Source: Azolla caroliniana (lineage: Eukaryota; Plantae; Polypodiophyta). From it: 64,000 nucleotides of DNA. The stretch lies in contig JBHGNT010000001.1 of the NCBI GenBank assembly GCA_043228905.1, positions 32,550,001 through 32,614,000 of the forward strand. Direction: 5' to 3'. Position 1 is the stretch's first letter, and every line of letters begins with the position of its first letter. Shown piece after piece: positions 36,301 through 47,819 of the stretch. A program made the position numbers and the translations under genes. The notes below the pieces were generated by a model. It had not been told where the DNA came from and made no database searches. It was given only the letters and a program-made list of their open reading frames with translations.

Positions 36301-39300
36301 AGAAAACATAATCTAGACATGCAATAGCTATTAGGCCATGATGCATCTACTCCCACCCCATAGGTATAGATCCCAAGTGGAAGAAAAAACTATTCTATCG
36401 TCTCTGAAAAACCAAATTCAGCATCCATAAGTATTTTTAAATATCCATGGGAGACCCAAATATGATCTATAAGACGGGGCTGAGTGGAGAGAAATGATTA
36501 TGATCTGTTGAGGTCCATGGGGGGGGGTTTGAAAAGGGTAGAATAAAACCCAAACTACAACCTAATATGAAATAATACGCACGAATTTCACACTATGGAT
36601 CTTTCAGAAGTTTGGATCTGTGGTTAAGTGGATGGGCAAAGAGCATTTCTAGTATCATAATTGATGGCCGGCCACCATCTGTAATTTTACCAATATTGAG
36701 TATTAATATGGCTGTAATAATACTTGGACTTGAATCTTTATTGGGCTGTTGTCTATTTCATGTGGAGGCTTCCAATGTGGTTTAGTATAGAAAATGGAGT
36801 CATTCTCCTGCCTTTTTTCTTTTCCTTTACATGCACATTCAATTTCGTATGTAGCCATTTAGAAGTAATTTTCCATTTCATGTCAAGGGCTTCCAATGTG
36901 GTTTAGTACAGAAATTGGAGTCATTCTCCTGCCCTTTTCTTTTTCTTTGCATGCACATCCAAACACTCACATTCAATTTCTCATGCAGCCTTGGGAAATG
37001 ATTATGAAAGCATTTTCCTTAGTCTTGATATGTACTTTTTTTTTAGGGGGGGGGGGGATTATTAATTTCCATGGAAGACTGAATGTGGTCAATGGGAGGT
37101 GGCCAAGCCCATGACAAGGATAAAAAAATTCAAAATAGAGTTGATGCTAAGGTGTAAACCACTAAGCCAGCAGCAAGAGAGAAACAGCGAGGGAGAACCT
37201 GTATTACTGCATGTGGCTTTGCTTTGATTGTCTCAAACTTCAAAGTTCGAGTCAATTTATCATATTCCACATTACTGATGCCTTCCTTCTCCCAAATCTC
37301 TTCTTCCTGAATCATATAAGACATTCAGAAAATGAATATGTCCAACAGAAAATTCCAGTAGATGTAAGCTTCCTCTCATGTTAGGATCTTATATTAACCA
37401 TCTTACATATAATGCATGTGCAGGAATAGATTATGTATATCTCATATGGTTTCCAGGAATTTATAGTAACACTTTAAAATGATTTCTATATCATTTGACA
37501 AAATGCTCAAACTAATGACTCCAAAGCCACATTGAAAACATGCATCTAAAGGAATAGATAATACATACATCATCATATTGTCAGAAAGATTTCAAATCTT
37601 ATCACAACTATGAATGTTTCGAGGATTTTTTTTAAATAATTTCAGAAAAACAAAATCTATGTCATTGACAATATGCTTAAACTATAGATTTAAACATCAT
37701 GGAAATGCAAAGGCAATCAAGACTACATTATCATAAATCTCATCATTAATTACAAGGTGAAATATATTTACTAAGCATCAAGGGTCTTGGTACTTAAAAA
37801 TAAAAAATACAAAATGCCTGTGCAAAGCAGATAAGAGCAATGGCATCCATTGTCCTTGACACCAATTCGTTCTTCACAGTCAAAATTACATTAGAAACAC
37901 AATTATTACCAAATAACATCGGATGGCAAACATGTCACAAAGGCTTTGCACATTATCTTATTTCTTCCTGAGGAGAGTGTGTGCATGTCTATCTGTTGCA
38001 TTACCAGAAAAAAGTATGTGTGTGCATGTTTTCAGCATCAGTGAGAGAGAGTATACTGACCTCATTCCACCAACCTATCTCTGGAATTCCCTCTGAAATT
38101 ATTATTTTTTCAGGTATAACAAACTCCAGCCCAATTGGAGACACTGCTGTAGATCCAGGTCCCACACCAGAACCATCTCCAGAAAATGGGTATCCAAGGT
38201 GTACCACAGAATTTGTCATCAATGAAACTGCAGGGGAGATTATTGGCATCAGAAAATTTGGCATATTTACTAGCTGATCTTTATTTGTTTTTAAATTCAA
38301 GATCAGGATATCTTGTATCTTATATCAAGTAAACTCAGTAAAGTACAAATAATTAATAGTACAAAAGGCATACCTTTCTCAAAAGTCCAACCCTTAGATG
38401 ATCTAGATGCTGGGGGGATCGCCAATACATCCAACACAAAGATTCCACCCTGCATCAATGCATTCATGGAAAATTTTATACTTAATATCCTTTTTCCAAA
38501 TGCATCATCATTTAGCTTAAAATGAATTAGTTGCAATCAATCCAGGCCAATATCTGGGATATTCCAAAACTCAAAAAATGAGCTAAATCTCACCACTGAC
38601 TTGAATCTGTTGCGAGAATTCAGAAGAGGATCTAAAACTTGATGAAAGGCTCGAACTGCAACACTAGAAAAACTGAATGCCTTTGGTAGTGTTATAGTTA
38701 TCATCAAATTTGAATCATTCAAGACACGCACACGAGGGTTTTTCGCATGGTTGATCCACAGGTAGACCTTCCATCCTCCTGACATGGCACAAAATGTAGC
38801 CTCATTTGTTTTCTTCCAAATTTCATGAGACCTCTACAAGACAAAAGTTGTAGCAAAATTATGCAAGTGAAAACTTGCAGCATCTAGAAATTCTCTTTAA
38901 TATATCCTCATATTTACCATCAATTTTTTATTCTAATTATCAAAACCAGGCCACCCATGGGAAAGAGAGAGAATCATACTATCAATAATGATGCTGTCGT
39001 TTGATCAATTTCCTTTTGCAAAAGCAGTTCCAGATTCTTCATATAACGATGATACCTGCTATAAAGACCACAAATTCATCAGAAAGGTTAAACCCTACTA
39101 TTTCCCCAGACACTTTTCTTTTCTGATACTAACATGTTACTGGTGGGGAGTCCCAGAGTTGAAAACCTAGAAACATAGAGTACATAGGAAATGTCAAATA
39201 CTAATTTTTAGATTCGAGAGATTAAAGATGATTAAGTTTTACATAAAACATAGAGTACATAGGAAATGTCAAATACTAATTTTTATATAGTTCACTTCAT

Positions 39301-41416
39301 TCCCAATGATTATCCTATGATGTCATGCCCAATGACCATTTACCCAGACAATTTTCATGTTTAATTAGTCACCTTTCTTCTGACGAGGGGTTATTCTCCT
39401 TTTGTTTTGCCACCAATGCAAGATCCTCTACAATCAAAAACACCTAGAAAGAAAACAGAAACTGGAAGTTAAAATTATTATGAATAGTCAAAGCATTTGA
39501 TTACAGTATGTTACTGATGTACAATAGTCATAAATGTGTTTGAATGAAATTTGTGTGTGGGATCCAATTATTTAACACTGATTAATGAATATGCTTTTAG
39601 TTAATTATTTACCTATTTACATCTAATGATGTCACAATACCTTATGAATGCTCTTGCTTGTGGTCAATGCTGCTTCATAATCCCGATCGCAAGAATTCTC
39701 TACTGCATTAAAAAAGTTGTTCATTCGTCCCTCATCACTTGCATGGGGTAAGCTTCCAGCTTCTACAAACCTTCTCCACTAATATAGAAAAATCAGTGAG
39801 TTACAAGGATATACAAACATCTGAACGAGTATTTTCTGTCACACATTTGAAATATTCTGATAGTGTCTTAGATTTGCTAATTCCCTCATAAACGTCAATA
39901 AACTCAACCTCAAGTGCAAACTGTATATTTAAATATGTAATGTGGGTTGAAAACATAACAATTCATACTAGTCATCAAGCAAACCCATTCAAAAATATTT
40001 CTCTGATAGGAAGCTTCTACTGTCTAAACTGCAGACTGGGTATAGCCAACAAGCCAGTATTGATTTTTGCATTCTCTTAACATAAACAGGGGATAGACTT
40101 GGAATGCACATAAAAGTCACCTCAACATCTGATGCACACTATGCCACTTCAAATGAACATTCCACATGAATTCAAACAGGGGGTAGACTCTGAATGATAT
40201 TTCTTAAAGCTGTTACACACATGTGGATGAGTGTGTTGGCAATCGGTATACATCATTCCTCTCCTTCAGTGAAGGTTCAGTCATACTTACTTCATCCGCA
40301 TTAGCTGCTGTAGCATTAAAATCTGCAAGAGCTTTAGATCTCCAATTGAAAAAGCTGAGTAAACCTTCCTTTTCAATTAAAATGCGTTCATGTTCAACTT
40401 TCAAGCGAGCCTGCTCTACTTCCCATGCTATTCTTGCCTCCTCTTCAAGTCGCTTTGCCTCTTCCTCAGCAAGCCTTCTCTTTTCTGAAAAATCACATCA
40501 CACATTTCTCATGGGAAAATACAAAGAACACAATTTTATAGCATCTATAAGCCATGGCTCAGACTTATTGACCTTCAGCTAGTCTTTTCGCTTCCTCTTT
40601 CTTTTTTTCTGCATGTAGAACAAATTTTTTATGTTAGTCTAAAGCTTAGTGATAAAAACTAACAATATGTTTACATTGTGTTATCCATATATCTACCCAT
40701 ATGATCATAAATTCATTCAGATATGGAATGTCCTGCTTTCATTATTTGATTCCACTAAAAAATTTGAGAATTCAAGAAAATGGTTTACCTATCAATTTCC
40801 CAGGGGTTTAGAGGTCAACAAAATGCCTTTATTACCAACAATGGTGATTGATTAGTTGAATTAACGGGATCAAAGTCCAACACAAATGTGTACGATTTCT
40901 GATGAATTTCAACAAACATTTACAGCATTTTCCCCACAATTTCCTATCACTTCATACACTCGAAATGAAACTCAGATGATCAGCAAGGAAACTTTTGTTT
41001 TCCCAAATATCGAATTCGTATAGCAACCATATCCTATTCCCAGTGATCGAATTCAACTGAAAAAAATTACATGGAGCGTACTTGAACTCGAAAGGAATAA
41101 ATGCGTCGCAAAAAATGTACAAATCTTCTGTCAAACAATGTTTGCACTCACAAAATTATAGATAAATGAAATATATGTGTATAGCTTCACAAAAGAAAAG
41201 AGATTTAAAGAAAATAGGAGAAACAAAGAGAATGGAAAGGGAAGCAAGCCCTGAACGGTCAACTCTTCATAAAAGACATTGGCAGACATGTGAATAAAAA
41301 ACACATGTAGAAAACCAGAGAGAAAGACAGATGAAGGAACCTTTTAGTTGTTTTTTGAGGGCCTTTAGGTCTTGCTTGCTTAGTTTCTGGTTGTTCTGAG
41401 GTGCCTTTGGCGGCAT
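33388..41416 (-). CDS. DNAI7: CASC1 / IC97 / FAP94-like axonemal dynein intermediate chain 7 (15 exons, ~656 aa)
   Basis: Exons are 41416-41341, 40608-40573, 40484-40291, 39778-39641, 39443-39373, 39055-38980, 38833-38594, 38449-38374, 38227-38061, 37306-37199, 35400-35203, 35079-35008, 34714(or 34735)-34556, 34252-34154 and 33648-33388, all GT-AG and phase-consistent. It has MPPK plus a K/E-rich coiled coil, WRRFVEAGSLPH, LWINHAKNPR, GGIFVLDVLAIPP..KGW, IGWWNE..WEKEGISNVEYD, YPYQSWILNP, SSKWN and terminal LRLFSF, as in the Casc1 family. Confidence 0.85.
33750..33997 (+). mobile_element. Decayed tRNA-derived SINE-like element in the last DNAI7 intron
   Basis: A-box-like GTCATCTAATGGTT and B-box-like GGGTACAATAC have tRNA-like spacing. 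The body is GC-richer than the flanks, with an internal repeat TAACATG(C/T)TGGTGTGAG and an A-rich end. Confidence 0.4.
35486..36560 (-). mobile_element. Heavily decayed L1 LINE 3' fragment in DNAI7 intron 10
   Basis: A poly(T) at 35486-35493 follows the minus-strand tail TAATGTAATATCGTTTTTTGGC-An. The minus translation ERPAQIISGIWTEIVHNLRGSLDNIKG parallels KRPPA*SIKLIWHMLITTLRVQYERIDG of the L1 near 9900. The 5' boundary is approximate. Confidence 0.6.
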
Positions 41417-42885
41417 GGTCTCGTCGCATTAATTAAACAGAAGACAGAGAGACAGAGACAGAGACACAAAAATGGAGACGAGAAGAAACAGTTACAAAAA
41501 TCGTGACCAACCAAATTGTTTGTTTGGTGTTTGTTTTTAAGACCGGTTAGTTCCTCCAATTTACATTTCTGGCCCATCTCTCCTCTCTTTTAAAGGATTT
41601 TGTGGGTGGAGCCTAGGGTTGTGTCCACCTGAGACCTCTTTGGCTTTTGGTGGCCCACCACACCATACCACTAAAAAGTCATACATTTGAGAAAAACCAA
41701 AGAATCCTCACCGTATGGCTATGATGTCATTCCATCGCAATTGCTCTCCTATGGAAGTGTAAAACTCTCTCTATGATGTAACATTAGAAAATTTCCGATC
41801 TGCTATATTCTTGTCCCATAGCTTCTTCCATAGGTTAGCGATGGCAGGTCTCATCCTCCTCTCCTTGGGACCAAACCAATCTCTCAAGCGTAGACCCTCA
41901 TGTTACATCATACACATTTCATGGAGTTTCTTGTCTCGTCGGCTTTTGCATATATATATACCCATGAATGATTGTTTATAAAAAGACATCTCCCAAGCTT
42001 AGCTCATATGATTGAGATTCTGGTAATTGCTTCTACTTTCTAGTGTCTGATTCGATGTGACCCCAACCCCCTCGAGCCGTACATTTGTGCTTGCATCTTA
42101 TATCGTCAAAAGACTCTTCTCAATTATAGTTTGACTGCATGCATACTATTCAATTGTTCCTAAGAACAGTGGCATGTAACATTGACAATTTTTTCCATGA
42201 TATGCGGAGTTGCACCATCCTTTCATAGGCTATGCTAATAATGTGGATTGTTCTTGGTATATCATATAATTAACATATTTTTACTCGATAGTTAACACGA
42301 CATTTAACAATGCTAGAACCAGAATTAAATTTGTATGAATGACAATCAACTCCTTGTATTATAGGCAATCTATTGCTTTGAGAATGCTTGTGCTTTGAGA
42401 AGCTAGAACACAAAGGCGATTTTTTTTCTCTCTACTTTTCCTAAAAAACGAGGTTTTTACCACTTCCATTTGTTGTTTTGATACATTATTGGTTAATTTA
42501 TACAATAACAAGCGTGTGTCACAACAAAGAGTTGCAAGTATAGGTTAGGTGTGACAATCTTACTAGCTATCCCAAGACGTGCTTTACAAACCCCCACGGG
42601 TTTCATATGATCATTTACTTTTTAATTGACAAATAAGAAGCAATCTAAACTAACATGTGCTTTCCATCACCAATTTCTTGCTTTTATTATAATAATTGAT
42701 GGTTCCTTTTACAAAATACACATTGATGTCCAAATGTTGAATTATTTTTCACAAAATGCTATAAAAAGTGCCTCATTACATCGTTATTGACACGAAGGTC
42801 CAGAAACATATCTGATCCAAATTTCTGTTTTCATGTTAGTTTATATGCATGTGAACACAATAAAACTGTCAAGCCTTCATCTATT

Positions 42886-44673
42886 CTATGCGACGATAAA
42901 AGGAAGAACCATCAGCATAAAGGTTTGATAATCCAATGTTGCAGAGCCTTTCATTTGTTTGTCTTGCGCTTTAAATTTCTCGGTTAATCCCTACAGGAAC
43001 AAACACGAGATACATATACATATATATCTTAAACCACACCATTTGAGAAACTAATGGTGTATATATATGATCACCATTTTGGAAGGAAAAAAAAATCATA
43101 TTTGTTTATGCTTTTGCACTGAATCAACTATATGTCATATTATGCATACCTTAACAATCAGCCCACACCTGAAAAAACCACAAAAGAAAATAATACAACA
43201 GGTAAGCATCGTTATGCCTATATGAATGTTTTGACATTAAAAGGAATTAAAATTGATCCACATACTCCACGAAGCTGTCATAATCCATCGCCTTTGCTTT
43301 TCCACTTCTATCATACTTTGATATAAGGCAATCAACAATGGGAGGTGAGATTGAATATCCAAGACTCAAAAGAGCATCTCGTATCTCGCCTTTATCGATC
43401 GATCCACTCTTGTCTCGGTCAAACCTCTCAAATATGCCCTATACCACAGATATTATGCAAAAAAATCAAACTCCAAAGACATTACAATCAAACCACACAT
43501 TTGACACCTAAGGAAACATTTTGATTCCCTTTCAAGTCACATGCATGTTTAAAATAAATCAATAAAACATAAGATGCCTCGTGATGTATTCAGATGGAAG
43601 CAATGTTGATCATCACTACGTGAAAATTATCAATATATATGGTCAATTGCACCCACACAAACACATCATCATCATCATCATTGTATAATGATGTACGATC
43701 CCTCACATTGATTAATTTACATTTGTATTGACTCATATCTCATTGTATAAGCTCAAACGAGATCATACACACTGCAACAAAATAAATTGTAAAGATGAAC
43801 AAAAACTCGTGATATATAAAGACGACAGTATGCATATACCTTCCAATCTTTCAATGCCTTAAACAAGGTGACAAATTCCGTTGGACCTAAATCAAACGAC
43901 ATGAGATATTAAGTTAAATATTCCAGGCTCTTTCTTTGCATTGGTAATGCTGAAAAGAAGGCTATTCAATGAGCAGCGCATAATCCATCCGAATGCCAAA
44001 TGATATGTATGTGATCTATACCCGAATTTGTTAATACTTTCAAATAAGCAGTACATGAGATTTATCGCCACAATTTGTTGATGTTGTATTCGCCAAGGGC
44101 AGGAATAACATAAACAAATGGTGTAAAAACACAAAAACATTTGGCCCTAATGGATCTCAGCTGCATATACCAGAATTAAAACTACAAAGTTATTAAAATC
44201 TAGTGTATACCAAGTTTGGTAGCATTATTCGATCCGAACATGTGGATCATCAGGCGTACGGTGCGAACACTGAAAGGCTGAGAATAAGACAAGACTCGCT
44301 GAAGCTCGAATTCGTCGGCACTTCCGCTTCCATCTCGATCCGCATCCTGGAACAGACGCACAACCTCAGGATCGGTTCCCGGAGGAAACAGATGATAGTT
44401 CAAACCACCCTGCGGAGGAGGATACCCCGAGTGAGGAGGAGGAGGATATGCCGAATTAGGAGGAGCAGGATATGCAGACGAGTGAGGATATCCTGAAGGC
44501 TGAGGATATGCAGAAGATTGAGGATATCCTGAAGGCTGAGGATATCCCATCGGAGGAGAAGTCAAATTAGGGTTTTGCTGTTGCCATGGTGATGATGATG
44601 GTGGTGGTGGTGGCCCATAGCCACTAGTGCTCTGCTGTGGTGGCCATGAAGGATTCTGATTGTATTTAGACAT
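42886..44673 (-). CDS. CML49: Penta-EF-hand calcium-binding protein, CML48/49/50-like (5 exons, ~268 aa)
   Basis: Exons are 44673-44211, 43886-43840, 43438-43266, 43168-43150 (19-nt microexon) and 42990-42886 (807 nt). It has a P/G/Y-rich N-terminus, FPPGTDPEV..DRDGSG..ELQRVLS..FSVRTVRLM, GPTEFVTLFKALKDWK, FDRDKSGSID and a GLTEKFK..FMLMVLPFIVA end. The exact paralog assignment is uncertain. Confidence 0.93.
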
Positions 44674-45887
44674 ACTACCGATAGGATGATGAAAATGATG
44701 AACTGAGGTTTTCTGATTATTGCTGCTTCTGCTCGCTCTGTTTCTTCTTCTTCTTCTTCTTCTTCTTCTTCTCCTTCTCCTTGCTCTGTTTCTTCTTAAC
44801 AAATATCTGTCATTGACTTTTGAATTGCTATATTTTGAGGAAATACTAAAAATGTCCCCTCTGTCAGGTATTATCTAGTTTCTTTGACATTGTTAATTTG
44901 TTGGAAGGATCTTGTTGATCCGAGACTTGAGTTTTATTTAAACCCAACTTTGCACGATCTTATATTTGATCCATTATGTGGAAATTCTCGACAACATGTT
45001 TTGTTCGATAGGGTTCACAAGTTTGAGTATTACACTTAATAGCAATGCTCGACCCTAGATCATGTTTGAGTTCTCGTTCCCCGCATAATTAACGTTTATC
45101 GATTGCAATGCTCATTATTAGAATTTTCGAACATGAAGAGTTAATTACCAACTCCACATGTACTCACAACAAGAAATTATTTCAATACAATCCCATGATT
45201 CACATTTGATATTGAAGATTGGGTGCTTATCTATGACCCAAGTAGGTATATAGGATGGCTTGACCACCTTTAATAATAAATGGGTTGAGGGTCCAACATC
45301 GATGTAATAAATTAGTAAAGTTGTACAATAGAGCAGGAACCAATGACGAGGGTCATACCTCATTCAGTCAGTTAAGTCTCAAACACATCCATATATAACA
45401 TTTTCAAAGCAAAACTCCAAAGTATATTACATTCAACATTAAAGTTGTAAAGGATAAAAAGGTCAAGCAAAATACGTAGAAATGATAGTGACACAATGTT
45501 ATCTACAAGTTGTCACGTGAAATTGGGCCCTTCACCTAGAAATCATACATATATCTCTATTTCCCATTAGATGACGCTAAAAAGGGAGAATTCCACTTGG
45601 CACAGAGGAACAATATTAATCTAGGTTTTCAAGAACCATCATTCTTAATTTGATAGTTAATCCCCCTTGTACATGCCTAGGTTTTTGGCAAAGGAGTCTT
45701 ATGATATTTTAATATTTTAATAAATTTCTTTTTTTGTGTCAAGGTGCAAAATTTTCAATCCAAATCTTGTCCACGACGTTCCCTTTTGATGCATGACATA
45801 AACTTAATCTCCTTCTTTTGATTTTCATGTATATTATGATTTATCCTTACATAAGCTATATGATGTCATTAACTATGAATTTGTCAA

Positions 45888-47819
45888 CTATGTTGTTGGG
45901 TTTTTCCATGTACTCTCATTGAGCTTTTTGGCTACTGAATAATCGACTAGGTCATCAAAGAAACGTTTTCCGACCACTACATTGTTATGTGTTTTACAAT
46001 TAGTTAGCAACGACATCCATCCTAGAAGATTGAACTCAAAAGGGATTGTCAAAAGAATTTCTTCGGCTAAATGCAAATAGCCCACTCGGCCCAAAACGTC
46101 CACCATGCAATTGTAAAGCTCTACAGTTGGGGGAACACCATCAGATTCCCTTGCTGATCTGAATAAAGAACATCCCTCATCTAAAAGTCCTTGTTGACTG
46201 CATAGTGACAACATGGGAACAAACGTGACATAAATCGGATCAACTCCCCCTTCTCGCATCTTTCGAAAATAATCAAAAGCCAGATTGTACTCACAATTTT
46301 CAGATATTCCAGAAATCATAGCATTCCATGTCCATGTGTCATGGCTCGACATGCTGTTGAAGACATGACATGCGTCCCGGATGTTTCCACATCTAGAGTA
46401 CATGTAAATTAGAGTGTTATTAATGACTGTGAGAGATTCATGTCCAGCTTCGACTATGTGTGAATGTACGCATCGGCCAGATTCGAGCATTGTCATTATG
46501 GAGCATGCTTTTGAAGCAATAACAAATGTTGCTTCATCTGGTTTGCAACAATGATATTGGCACATCTTGCTGAAAAGACAAAGGGCTTCCCACCCAAGTC
46601 CATGTTGTGTATACCCAGCCATCATAGCATTCCATAACGCCACATCTTTCCTATACAAGTTATCAAATATATTTTGTGCATCTTCAAGCCCACCACATCT
46701 TGTGTACATGTCGATTAAACTACTACTTATGAATGTGTTTAATGTAACATTGTTTCTTACGATGTAGCTATGTATGAGCATGCCCCCATCAAGAACAAAT
46801 ATGTTGGAGCATGCTTGCATAATGGCAACCAGTGTTAAGTTGTTCGGTTTCACATTGTGCTTGGGAAGTCGAGTGAATAATTGAAGAGCCTCTTCAAAAT
46901 GTTCACAACTAATGAAACCCGTTATCATTGCATTCCATGTAGCCACGTCTTCTTTGGAAAGTATTTCAAATGTTCTCCATGCATCTTCGAGGTTTCCTCT
47001 CTTGGCATATATATCAATAAGCATGCTCCCGATATATGCATTCAATTCAAACCCATTCTTTATTATGCATATGTGAACAAATTTAGTTTGATCAGGGGCT
47101 GATTCAGAGCACGCTTTTAAGAGGCTCACAAATGTAACACTATTTGGCCTGACATTTCCTGATCTTTGCAAGTATATATAGTATTTGATGGCCTCTAGAC
47201 CATGCCCATTGTGTAGAAAAGCAGTTATAATTGCATTCCAAGACACAATATCTTTCTTATTTGATGTATTTTTGAACACCGAAGAGGCATTGTGGATGCT
47301 ACTTAAATTTCCATACATGACAATAAGAGTGTTCCCTACATGCACATCAATCTCCATACCAATCTCGACAATATAGGCATGAATTAACATACCATCTTCG
47401 ACATGAATACACGCTTTCAAGACTGAAACAAGAACAAAGCTGTTGGATTGTAAATCCATGCCTTGGAAGAGTTTCATAGCTTCTCTGTTTTGTCCTGTTT
47501 TCACAAATGCATCGATACTCAGGCTCCATGTCCATGGGCTTCTTTCTGGGATCTTGTTAAAAATCCATGTAGAATCTTCTGATAAGGACTCACCACACAG
47601 GATGAACATGCCTATGAAGTGGGTGCCTAGGAAGGCATTCAATTCTAACCCTCTCATCGTGACGAGTGAGTATAGATCTCTTCCTCCCACTAGATCCTTC
47701 TTCTTAATCAAGATCTGTAGCAGCCCATAGATTGCATGAGGAGAGGCTACAGAATGTGTGATCATCAGGGATGGATCGATCCTAGTACCTGCCCTTCTAT
47801 GTTCCTCTGTTTTCCACAT
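45888..47819 (-). CDS. Intronless PLS-class pentatricopeptide repeat protein, 643 aa, with truncated E domain and no DYW
   Basis: Repeated P-L-S motifs (VSWNAIITAF, PNSVTFVSLLKAC, IGSMLIDIYAKRGNLEDA, YNCMVDVLGRVG). The ORF ends shortly after WMSLLTNCKTHNNVVVG. Confidence 0.93.
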   Translation of the reverse strand: MWKTEEHRRAGTRIDPSLMITHSVASPHAIYGLLQILIKKKDLVGGRDLYSLVTMRGLELNAFLGTHFIGMFILCGESLSEDSTWIFNKIPERSPWTWSLSIDAFVKTGQNREAMKLFQGMDLQSNSFVLVSVLKACIHVEDGMLIHAYIVEIGMEIDVHVGNTLIVMYGNLSSIHNASSVFKNTSNKKDIVSWNAIITAFLHNGHGLEAIKYYIYLQRSGNVRPNSVTFVSLLKACSESAPDQTKFVHICIIKNGFELNAYIGSMLIDIYAKRGNLEDAWRTFEILSKEDVATWNAMITGFISCEHFEEALQLFTRLPKHNVKPNNLTLVAIMQACSNIFVLDGGMLIHSYIVRNNVTLNTFISSSLIDMYTRCGGLEDAQNIFDNLYRKDVALWNAMMAGYTQHGLGWEALCLFSKMCQYHCCKPDEATFVIASKACSIMTMLESGRCVHSHIVEAGHESLTVINNTLIYMYSRCGNIRDACHVFNSMSSHDTWTWNAMISGISENCEYNLAFDYFRKMREGGVDPIYVTFVPMLSLCSQQGLLDEGCSLFRSARESDGVPPTVELYNCMVDVLGRVGYLHLAEEILLTIPFEFNLLGWMSLLTNCKTHNNVVVGKRFFDDLVDYSVAKKLNESTWKNPTT

